From Heterodontus francisci (lineage: Eukaryota): a stretch of 64,000 nucleotides of DNA. The notes below the pieces were generated by a model. It was not told the DNA's origin. It saw only the letters and a list, made by a program, of their open reading frames with translations, and searched no databases. The stretch is taken from positions 124,001 to 188,000 of the forward strand of contig NW_027141701.1 in NCBI RefSeq assembly GCF_036365525.1, in the 5' to 3' direction. This document shows, in pieces, positions 13,001 to 25,000 of this stretch (positions are counted from its first letter, which is position 1; each line of letters begins with the position of its first letter). The position numbers and the translations under genes were made by a program.

Positions 13001-16000
13001 ACAAAGTCACAAAACTCCCTTAAATGCTCTGTTCTGATTGCAGAAGTGTGGAAGTGACCGTATACCTTGAGAATGATGGTTTTTTGTATCAACAGCGAGG
13101 TTTCAGATGATGTACCTTGTTGTATTATGCAAAATATGAGCCAAACAGTTGGCTGCAACTATGTCCGTTTGAGAGCCTTTTACTTCTTGGTAAATACTGT
13201 TGTGCTTTTCAGAATTAACACTTGTGTTGTCAGCCAAATACACGGAAAGTCTTCATGGGATGAGATCAAAGGCACTGAGTTTGGATCATTTTTCTGTTGC
13301 GATTGCTTCCCAGGTTTCCTGGCTATCAGTATAAAAATCCAACAGTAAATGCGGGATCCCCTTCTCAAAATTAAAATATCCCAAACCGAAGGGGAAACAT
13401 TTTGTTTCACCCTTGTTTGACGCATCAATTGTCAAAGAAAATAAAAAGATCATCTGCTTTAATGCAATCCAAGTACTTCTGCATGAAGCTTCTCGCTCAG
13501 TGTTTTTGCCTTTGTTTCCCCACATGTCAGGTCTCTTGGTATGAAGGAGATTTCTTTGTCACCTTGTACTGCAGTCGATATTTCTATAAGACTGGTGATT
13601 CTTCACCGCGTGGCAGACATTTGTAGTTCAGCAGCAGTTACTTTATTGTTTTGAGGTGATGCAGATGATTTGAAAAAAAGACCTCAATGATGATGTACTT
13701 GCAAATTGGGTGCTCACTTTGTGTTTTTCCAACAAAATGTGTTGATCCACATCTCCCTTTCCTTGGTGGCTGACATTGGTATCACCTTGGTACAAAATGC
13801 AGAGTGTTTGATCCTCTCCCTTCCTGATTTTTTTTTTGCTATGAAATCACTTTCTTTTGACCATACTGCGTTGAACAATGTCTTTTGCTTGAGCATTTTG
13901 ATGAACAAGACAATGGCTCCACTTTCATCACAGTACAAGCAACAGATATAGCGTTCGGGCGTCTAAAAGACAGGCACATGGTTAGGTCCAATAGGATCTT
14001 TGCGGGTACTCACAGGACCAATAGAATTCTGATTTTAAATGACACTGATATTAGCCAATGAAGACGAGAGGCTGGACATTTCCAAAGTAATGGATGCAGA
14101 CCAAATGGCCACCCTACCACATTGTATTTCATCTGACATGTTCTTGCCTACTCTTGGTAATCAGTCCCCTAGGGCCCTAACCTGCCCTATCCCTCTGTGG
14201 AACTTTTTGTGTCTTGGGCCTAAATAGCTGAGACCCAAGTACTGATCCCTGTGGTACCCAACTCATTACAGCCTGCCATCCCGGAGATGACCCGTTTATT
14301 CCTACTCTCTGTTTTCTGTCCTTTAACTAATCCTCAAAGCCTTGAGTCCTAATTTAGTGGAAAAAAGCTCTTGGATGGCACCTCATTGAATGCTTTTTGA
14401 AAATTCAAATACACTACATCCATTGGTACCCCTTATTCATCTTATCAGTTACTTCTTCAAAAATCTCAAACATATTTTCCAAACACAATTTTTGTTTCAG
14501 ACGTTCCAACCGTAATGGTCTCTCCACTATATAGTAAACAGAAGCCGGGAATTGGGTAGAGTGATGCACTTTGTTGTGGGGCTGAAAGACAGGACCAGCT
14601 CTTTACCAACTCCCAATCATTCCCGGCTTTCCCCCACCTCCCCTTCACTCTGCTCCTGGATCTGTTTGGCTGTGTGTGTTTCACTGACAGTTGTGGAAGG
14701 CAGTCAGAACTGTTGGCTCTCTGTTATTTGACTCTGATTGGCTGTGTGTGTTTGATTGACAGGGATCCACACAGTACAGGTGATGTATGGCTGTGAGCTG
14801 CGGGATGACGGGAGCACCAGCGGGTTCCATCAGGAAGGCTGGGACGGGCGGGATTACATCAGCTTTGATAAGGATAACATGGTGTGGGTAACACCGGTAA
14901 GCTGGGGACTGATTACCAAGAACAAGTGGGACCAGGACAAGGCCAGGAATCAGCAGAGGAAGGGTTACCTGGAGGGGACCTGCATCGAATGGCTGAAGAA
15001 GTACCTGAAACTTGGAGAAAAGGAACTGAGACACGGTGAGTGAGTGGATGGGGGTGGGGGGAGGGGGGAGAGTCAGTGAATGAGGTGGGACTGAGAGTCA
15101 GTGAGTGAGGGGGGTCTGAGAGTTAGTTAGTGGGGGGGGGGGACTGAGAGTCAGCGAGTGAGGGGGGACTGAGAGTCAGCGAGTGAGGGGGGACTGAGAG
15201 TCAGCGAGTAAGGTGGGACTGAGACTCAGCGAGTGAGGGGGGGACTGAGACTCAGCGAGTGAGGGGGGACTGAGAGTTGGTGAGTGAGGGGGACTGAGAG
15301 TCGGTGAGCGAGGGAGGAGGGACTGAGAGTCGGTGAGTGAGGGGGAAGGGACTGAGTGTTGGTGAGTAAAGGGGGGACTGAGAGTCGGTGAGTCAGAAGA
15401 GGTGACTGAGAGTCGGTGAGTCAGAAGAGGTGACTGAGAGTCAGGGTGTCTAAACCCCAGTTTAAAGGGGTATGTACCTTTCCCTGGGGTCAGGGGTCTA
15501 ATCCCCAATTTAAAGGGATATTTGCCATTCCCTGTCTCTCACACTGACCTGCCTCTGATCTGTTTTACTCTCAGTTGCTCCTCAAGTGTTTCTTTCCGCG
15601 GACAAGGCATCAGCTGCTAAACCGACACAACTCTGCTGCCTCGTCACAGGATTTTACCCTCGCGATATCGAAGTCACCCTCTTGAGAAATGGCGCACCGA
15701 TTGCAGACACATGTTCCACTGGCATCCTACCCAACCACGATGGCACCTACCAGCTCAGGAGATGGGTTCAGATCGCACCTGAGAATGGTGCCAACTATTC
15801 CTGTCAGTATGAGCAAAGCGAAAAAGAAGGAATGGAGATCCTAGACTGGGGTAAGAGGAACAGTGACTGTTTAGAATCACCTCTCCTCATTCTGCCTTCC
15901 AAAATCAATCACCTAACACTTCTCTGCATTAAACTGCATTTGTCACATGTCTGCCCATTTCACCAGTCTGTCTATGTCCTCCTGAAATCTGTTCTAATCC

Positions 16001-19000
16001 TCTTCATTGGTTACTGCATTTCTGAGTTTTGTGTCATTGCACACCTTGAATTTATGCCCTTATACCCAAGTCCAGATTATTAATATATATCAAAAAGAGA
16101 TGTGATCCTCATACCAATCCTTCACTTTCTACTTCCTTCCAGTCTGAAAAATAATCATTCACCATTCCTCTCTGATTTCTGTCCCTGATCCAATTCCATA
16201 TCCACTCTGACACTGTCCCTCTAATCCCATTGGCTTCAATTTTACTAGTAAGTCTATTTTGTGGCACTTTATCAAATGCCTTCTGAAAGCCCATATACAC
16301 AACATACAGCACACTACCCTCATCAACACTGTCCGTCTATTCATCAGAGAACTTGATCAAGTTTGACAAGTTTGCCTTTGACAATTCTGTGCTCGCTTTC
16401 AATTTATTAACCCATGTTTTTCAACCTGACATTAAGTTTGTCCCAGATTGTTACAACATGAACAAGAGAGGATCGAGGTAAGTGAAAGCAATCAATGGAG
16501 ACTGTGATAAGAATTGTAATGGGAGTTGGCTACAGGCTTCCTGATAATACATTCTTCCACTGCATAGCTGTTAATTCAGAGATCAAAGAGACTTGTAGTA
16601 AATGAAGAGATGTTTTAATGGGAGACTTTAATTCCCATATAGATTGGGAAGAACAGAGTAGCTCAAGTCAGAAAGCTTGTGAATTTCTTGACTGCATTCA
16701 ACATAGTTTTCTGGAACCAACAAACAGGCAGGCCACACTAGCTCTAGTAGTGAGCCAGACATAGTTAATCTAACGGTAAGGGAACATTTACTTAACTGCG
16801 AGCCTGACATGTTTGAAAAGGAAAAACATAATACTGTTATGAAGATCCTCGAATTTGGTAAGGCTAACTTTTAATAGGATGAGACAGAGACTGATGACCG
16901 CAAACTGAACAAAACTGTTATTGGGTAAAACTACAGATGAACAGTGGGAGGTGTTCAGAAAAGAATTTAGCTTAATACAGAAACGAGAAGGGCCGAGAGG
17001 TCTACTCGAGAAGAAGTGAAAGGTAACCTAAAACTAAAGGATAAAGCAAAGCATAGTATAGATCGAGGGGACTGGGAGAGAGCGAAAGAACATACAGTAA
17101 GAGCAGAAATATCAACAGACATTTATGAGGGTATCAAGATTAACACAAAGCTTTTACAATTATGTCAGAAGAAAAAGGCCCATGTGGCCCTTTAAAAATC
17201 ATTGCGGTCATACTGCAAATGTGAATAAGGAAAGGGTAGGACTTTTAGAATAATACAATAAAAACAGACAATGTTGGAAATACTCAGCAGGTCAGGTAGC
17301 ATCTGTACAGAGAGCAATAATGTTAACCTTTCAGATCAGTGACCTCCATTCTGACAAAGTGGTATTGACCTGAAACATTAACTCTGTTGCTCACGTCATA
17401 GATGCTGCCTGACCTGCTGAGTATTTCTAGAATGTTATGTTTTTATTTCAGATTTCCAGCATCTGCAGTGTTTTATTTTGTTGGAACTTCGTGTCATTGA
17501 ATCATAGAACCCTACAGCACAGTAGGAGGCCATTTGGCCCATAGAGCCTATGCTGGCTCTTGGGATGAGTAGTCATTCTTAGTCCCATGTGTCTGCTTTT
17601 TGTCCCTAAATGTGTCAGCTCATCATCCTCAAATATCTGTACAACACCCTGTTTAAAATTGTTTCTGGAATCAGCTTCCACTTCTTTTCAGGTAGAACAT
17701 TCCAGATCCCGACAGCTGAGTAAAATAAAATCCTCATTTCCCCTCTCTATCTTTTACCAATGATTTTAAATCTATAACCTCTGGTTATTGACCCACTCAC
17801 CGGAGGGAATAACTTTCCTCTCTCTACCTTAGCAAAACTGCTCATCATCTTGAAAAAAATCTATTAGGTCACCTCTTAACCTTCTCGATTCCAAGGGGAA
17901 CAGTCCTAACTTTTCCAACCTCTCCTCATAACTATAGTCTGTTATCTCTGTTAACATCCTGATAAACCTCCTCTGTGCCCTTTCTAAGGCCTTTACATCT
18001 TTTCGGAAGTGTGGTGCCCGGAATTGTCCACAATACTCCAACCGAGGCCTAACCAGTGATTTATAAAGTTCTAGCATGATCACTTTACTTTTATATTCTG
18101 TACCTCGATTTATAAATCCATGTAACCCATATACTTTTACAACCACCTTATCAACTTGCTGTGCCATCTTTAAGGATTTGTGCATATGGAAACCAAGGTC
18201 TCTTTATTCATCTACACTTTTCAAAATATCGTCTACATTCTTTCAACATTAGTCCTTCCAAAGTGCATCACTTCACACTTCCCTACATTGAACTTCACCT
18301 GCCACGTCTTTGTCCATTTCACCATCCTGTCACCCTGAAGCCTAGAATGATTGAATCACAGAATCATTACCGTGCAGGAGAAGGCCATTTGGTCCATCTT
18401 GTCTACACTGGCTCTCTGAAAGAGCAATTTCCTCAGTTCCATTCAGCTGCCTTCTCCCTGTAACCCTGCACATTCTTCCTTTTCATATAACTGTCTAATT
18501 CCCTTTTGAATGCTTCAATTGAACCTGCCTCCACCACGTTCTCAGGCAGTGCATTCTAAACCATAACCACTCGCTGCATGAAACAGCTTTTCCTCATGTC
18601 ACTTTTGCTTAACTTTACCAAATACTTGAAATCTGTGCCCTCTCATTCTCGATCCTTTCACGAGTGGGAACAGTTTCTCTCTCTCTACTCTGTTCAGACC
18701 CCTCATGATTTTGAATACCTCTATCAAATCACCTCTCAGCCTTCTCTTCTCCAAGGAAAACAGTCTTAACTTCTCCAATCTATCTTCATAACTGAACCAT
18801 TCTCGTGAACCCTTTCTGTAATCTCTCCAATGCCTTCACATCTTTCCTAAAGTGCGGCCACCAGAACTGGATGCAATGCTCCAGCTGAGGCCAAACTAGT
18901 GTCTTATATAAATTCAACATAACTTCCTTGCTCTTGTACTCTATCCCCCTACTAATAAAGCACAGGATACTGTATGCTTTATTAACCTCTCTTTCAACCT

Positions 19001-22000
19001 GTCCTGCCACCTTCAATGACTTTTGCACATATACACATAGGTCCCTCTGCTCCTGCACCCCCTTCTGAATTGTACCCTTTATTCTATATTGTCTCTCCAT
19101 GTTCGTCCTATCCTCATTACTCCATACTACTTTGCCAAAAGTTTTATCATTTGCAAACTTTATAATGCTGTTCCCTACACCTAAGCCTAAGCCATTTATA
19201 AAAGTTGCCAAGAGTAATGGACCCAAAACTGACCCTTGGGAAACAACACTGCCCCCCACTTCCCAATCTGAAAAACATCTACCAACATCCTTTGCTTCCA
19301 GTCACTGAGCCAGTTTCATATCCCCTTGGTTCCATGGGCTGACATCTCCTTAATAAGCCTCCTGTGCAGCATTTTACTGAACACCTTCCAAAAGTCCATA
19401 TGTGCAACATCTATTGAACTATTTGTCAGTTCCAAAGACGGGTCACTGATCCGAAACATTAACTCTGCTTCTCTTTTCACAGATGCTGCCAGACCTACTG
19501 AGTGGTTCCAGCATTTCTTGTTTTTATATCTATTGAACTATGTTGATCAATCTTCTTCGTTACCTCATCAAAGAATTCAATCAAGTTGGTCAGACACAAT
19601 TTGCCTTTAACAAACCCATGCTGGCTCTTCTTGATTAACCCATGCCTTTCCAATTGAAAGTTAATTTTGTCCTTGATACTGGATTTGAATAACTTCCCCA
19701 CTACCAATTATCAGCTGACTGGCCTGTGATTTCCTGGTTTATCCCTCTCCCCTTTCTTTAATAGTGGTATAACATTAGCAACCCTCCAGTTCTCCAATAG
19801 CGCTCCTATATCCAATGAAGATTGAAAGATTACATAGGATAAATAGTAGAGAAACTGGCCATTTGGCCCAACCAGTCCATGTTGGTGTTTATGCACCACT
19901 CAAGCCTCCTCCCATCTTTCCTCATTTAAAGGACGGCACAGTGGCGCAGTGGTTAGCACCGCAGCCTCACAGCTCCAGCGGCCCGGGTTCAATTCTGGGT
20001 ACTGCCTCTGTGGAGTTTGCAAGTTCTCCCTGTGTCTGCGTGGGTTTCCTCCGGGTGCTCCGGTTTCCTCCCACATGCCAAAGACTTGCAGGTTGACAGG
20101 TGAATTGGCCATTAGCAATTGCTCCTAGTATAGGGAGGGAAATATAGGGACAGGTGGGGATGTGGTAGGAAAATGGAATTAGTGTTGGATTAGTATAAAT
20201 GAGTGGTTGATGGTCAGCACAGACTCGGTGGGCCGAAGGGCCTGTTTCAGTGCTGTATCTCTAAACTAAAAAAAATCTATCATCGTAACTCTGTATTCCC
20301 TTCTCCCTCATATGCTTGTCTAGTTTCTCCTTAAATAGATCGATACTATTTGCTTCAATCACTCCCTGTGATAGCGAATTCTGTGTTCACATGGTAGCTA
20401 TCTGTTATTGATCTCCTCCTGTTATGGTCTTCCCAACAAGTGGAAAATTTCTCTCTCTATCCACTCTGTGAAATCCTGTCAAATTTTAAAGACCTCTTTT
20501 CAGTCACAATTCATCCTTGTTTTTAAAGAGAAAAGAGACCCAGCTGTTCATCCTTTCCTGATATGTATACCCATGTATTTCCTGTATTGTCCTTGTAAAT
20601 CTTCTTTCACTCTCTTGAGTGCTTCTATCTCTTTTTTTATAATATGGCAACTGGGACGTCGCGCGGTTTGATACAGGTTTAACATAATTTCAGTACTTTT
20701 CAATTCTATTCCTCTAGAAAGAAAGCCTTGCTAACCTGTAGTGATTGGTGTATTTGTACATTCCTGTACTTTTCATAATCTTCCTGGTTATTAACTGAAT
20801 CTTGCTAGTGACATCTGTCATAGCCTCCTTTTTCCTCTGCTTTAGTTTAACTTTTACTTCCTTTGTCATCCAGGGCACATTAGCTTTGGATGCTCTGCCC
20901 TTTCCCCTTCAAAGGAACATATCTAGTTTATATGTTTCTGTCTGAACTATCTCTTCCCGAATGTTCTCCATTGCTCTGTTACTGCTTTACTTTTTCCAGG
21001 CTTCAATCTTCATAGGAATGGGAAAGGATAATATACCTGACATTGCAGGGAAACAAATAATGAACCAATGACAATGTAAGCTGGAAAATAGTATTTAGAA
21101 AAATGACTGTAGAGACTGAGAAATGCCCAGGACCTGTTGGTTTCACCCCTGGGTTTTAAAGAAAGTAGGTGAGGAAATTGTAGATAATTTCGCCATAATC
21201 TTCCAAAGCTCCCTCGATGCAGGAATTATTCCTATCGATTGGAAAATTGTATACATAACTTCATTATTAAAGAAAGGTGAGAGAGAAACCAAGAAATTAT
21301 AAATCTGTTAGTCTAACATCTGTTGTGGGGAAGGTTATGGAATCTATCATTAAGACAGAGTGACTGAGTACTTAGAGAAATTTGAGCTGATTGAAGAGAG
21401 CCAATGTGGATTTGTAAGGGGGAGGTCATGTCTAATGAAACAAATTGAATTTTTTTGAGGAAGTAACTAAAGTAGTGGATAGGGGAATGTCTATGGATAT
21501 AGTTTATGTGGACTTGCTGAAGACTTTCGATAAGGTTCCACATAAGAGATTTCTTAAAGCTCTTGGAATTGAAAGCATATTATTGAGCTGATTAGGAAAT
21601 TGATTTGGCAGTAGACAGACTGTAGGGATAATGGGTATGTATGAATTGGAAGGAAATGACCAGTGTTATCTCACGGGGATCTGTGCTGGGGCCTCAACCA
21701 TTCAGTATTTAAAGTCTTAAAAAGCACAATAGAGCGACACATATCCAAGTTTACTGATGACACCAGGTTCAGTGGCATAGCAAGCAGAGTAGACAGGAGC
21801 ATAAAATTACAAGAGACATTGATTGTTTGGGTGGGCAAAATTGTGGCAGATGTATTTCCGTGCAGGCAAACGTGAAGTCATCCATTTTGGATGAAATAAG
21901 GGTAGATCAGCGTATTTTCTAAATGGTGGAAAGCCTTGTCTCGGACCAGACCTGGAGAACTGTGTACAGTTCTGGGCACCTCATCTTTAGAAAGGTATAA

Positions 22001-25000
22001 ATATACTGGCCTTGGAAGGAGTGCAGCACAGATTCAACAGAATGTTACTTGGCTACAAAGGTTTAATTATGAGGAGAGATTACACAGACTAGGCTTGTGT
22101 TCCCTGGGATAGAGAAGGTTAAAGGACGATTGAGGTTTTCAGGATTTTGGAAGGAATTGAGGGTAAGGTAGATGGAAAGAAACTTTTCTGCTGGTGGTGG
22201 AGTCTCGGACAAAGGGGATATAACATTGAAATCAGACCCAGACCATTCAGGAGAGAAGTTAGGAAGCGTTTCTTCAAACAGATGGTGGGAGAAGTGTGTA
22301 ACTCTGTTCCATAAAAAGCAGTAAATGCTAGCTCAATTAAATTCAGATCTGAGGTCAATAGATTTTTTTGCTAGCTAATCTATTGAGGTATATGGAGTTA
22401 GGACACAGATCACCCTCAATATCACTGAATGGCAGAACAGGCTCTAAGGATTGAATGGTCTACTCCTATTCCTGTTGTCTCAACATTCTCGCACCACTGA
22501 AGTNNNNNNNNNNNNNNNNNNNNNNNNNNNNNNNNNNNNNNNNNNNNNNNNNNNNNNNNNNNNNNNNNNNNNNNNNNNNNNNNNNNNNNNNNNNNNNNNN
22601 NNNNNNNNNNNNNNNNNNNNNNNNNNNNNNNNNNNNNNNNNNNNNNNNTCCAGTCCTCTGGCACCATCCCACTACCGAAGGAGGATTGCAAGATTGTGAC
22701 CACAGCCTCCGATATCTCCACCTTTAATTCCCTCAGTAATCTCAGTGACTTTTCTACTTTCAGCATTGCCAACCTTTTAACTACCTCCTCTTTATCAATT
22801 TTTATTCTATTCAGTTTCTCTACTACCTCTTCCTCTACTGTGAAATTAGCAGCACCCTCTTTAGTGATGTTTATCAAACCAATCGACTGCTTTTCAACTC
22901 ACTGAAATTAGCCCTCCTCCAGTTGAGTAATTTCATGTTCAATTGTTCCATGTCATTTTCCATAACTACTGTAAACCTGATGATATTGTGATCACTGTTT
23001 CCCAAATGCACCCCAATTAAAACATGCTCCACTTGCCCTACTTCATTCCCCAGAACTAGATCCAACACTGCCTCCTTCCACATTGAACTGGAAACACAAT
23101 GATCAATAAAGTTCTCTTGTATACATTTCAGGAATTCCTTTCTGACCTTTGCCTTTACATTGTTACTATCCCAGTCTATATTAGGATGATTGAACTCCCC
23201 CATTATCACCATTCTAAAGTTCTTACATCTTTCTGCAATCTACCTGCAGATTTGCTTCTCGACCTCCTTCCCTATATTTGGGGTGACCAATAGTTTACAC
23301 CCAGCAATGAAATAGCTCCTCTATTGTTCCTTAACTCTACCCAAATAGATTCTGACATTGAATCCTCCAGCATGTCACCCCTTTCCAGTGCTGTAACAGT
23401 ATCTTTGATCAATATGGCACCCCCTCTTTCCTTTCCCTAGAAACTCCCTACCTCCCATCACTATGCTGCAACAAGCCTATTCTGAGATTGATGTGGGAAT
23501 TAATCACTTGTTTGGGTGACTGGAAGTGTCTTTGGAATGATGTGGAATTCCAATGTCTGCATTTATTTATCTCCTTTAATGTAGATAAACATCCCAAAGT
23601 GCTTCACAGGAGTGTAATCCAAGTCATGCTGAACCTTTCTAACCTACAACATGCTCTGCTCAGACTGCCCATTACATCACAGAATTGAATCTCATTCAAA
23701 CTCAGGCCCCGCTTTGGTACACTTGCTTCTGAATGAGCAGCGATTGTGGTTATTCATTGATCTCCTCCTCATTTCCCCCCTCCCCCCCCCCCACAGCCAG
23801 GATGCTCCCAGTGACTGTAGGATCTTCAGAGGGAACAAATATCAGACTGATTGTTGGAATTGTTGTTGCTGCCATCGCTCTGATTGCTGTTGTCATCGGT
23901 GCAGTTGCGTTGAAAAGGAGAGGTAGGAAGTGAGGGCAGGGTCTGTCACTCTCTGGTATCAGCAGTTTTAAAATGTTAAAGCACAAATATCAAAGCATTA
24001 GAGACTTTCCTACACATGTGGGAAATGCACACACAGTCCAGTGATGTACAGAGCGTGAGGGGGCTGAGGAACAGGATGTGAGAGGACCGAGGGCCCATAT
24101 GGGGAGCTGGGACTGAGGGACTCTTACACGGAGTGAGGGGACTGGGGGTCCCGTACATGGAGTGAGGGGACTGGGGGCCTGTACAGTGAGTGAGGTGACT
24201 GAGGGCCTGTACAGGGAGTGAGGGGACTGTGGGCCTGTACAGGGAGTGAGGTGACTGAGGGCCCATATCGGGAGTTAGGGGACTGAGGTCCCGTACAGGG
24301 AGTGAGGTGACTGAGGGCCTATATGGGGAGTCAGGGGACTGAGGGACCCTTACATGGAGTGAGGTGACTGAGGTCCCGTACAGGGAGTGAGAGGACTGAG
24401 GTCCCGTACAGGGAGTGAGGGGACTGAGATCCCGTACAGGGAGTGAGGTGACCGAGGTCCCGTACAGGGTGTGAGGTGACTGAGGGCCCATATAGGGAGT
24501 CAGGGGACTGAGGTCCCCTACAGGGAGTGAGGGGACTGGGGGCCTGTACAGGGAGTGAGGGGACTGAGATCCCGTACAGGGAGTGAGGGGACTGAGGTCC
24601 CGTACAGGGTGTGAGGTGACTGAGGGCCCATATGGGGAGTCAGGGGACTGAGGTCCCCTACAGGGAGTGAGGGGACTGGGGGGCCTGTACAGGGGATGAA
24701 GGGACTGGGCTGAATGCAGAGTAAAGGGTTGAGTGAGGAGCAGAGTCTCCTGTAAGCGAGCTCAGGTTAAGCTGGTCATTCCCCCCATGACTACAGTAAG
24801 TTTGTGTGGGTGAGGGGTGGGTGGGGGAGCTTTTGTTAACTGAAGTTCTGTTTCTGATCTTTGTAGGAGGAGAATATAAACACAGTTACAGCTCAGCAAA
24901 TCGTAAGTGTGCAAATATTACAATAGTCTGGTTCAGTTGTTAGCTGCCTTGTCTTCGAGGCAGAACTTTCTGGCATGGACTCGATTGGCTGAACAGCCAT

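Larger units (their letters stand above)
15870..23440. mobile_element. Intron 4: mosaic of nested CR1 fragments on both strands, a SINE and Penelope-type short repeats
   Basis: Many decayed CR1 APE/RT motifs (KAFDKVP, QGSVLGP, LYK.LVRP.LEYC, GEFNHPNIDW). Confidence 0.85.
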
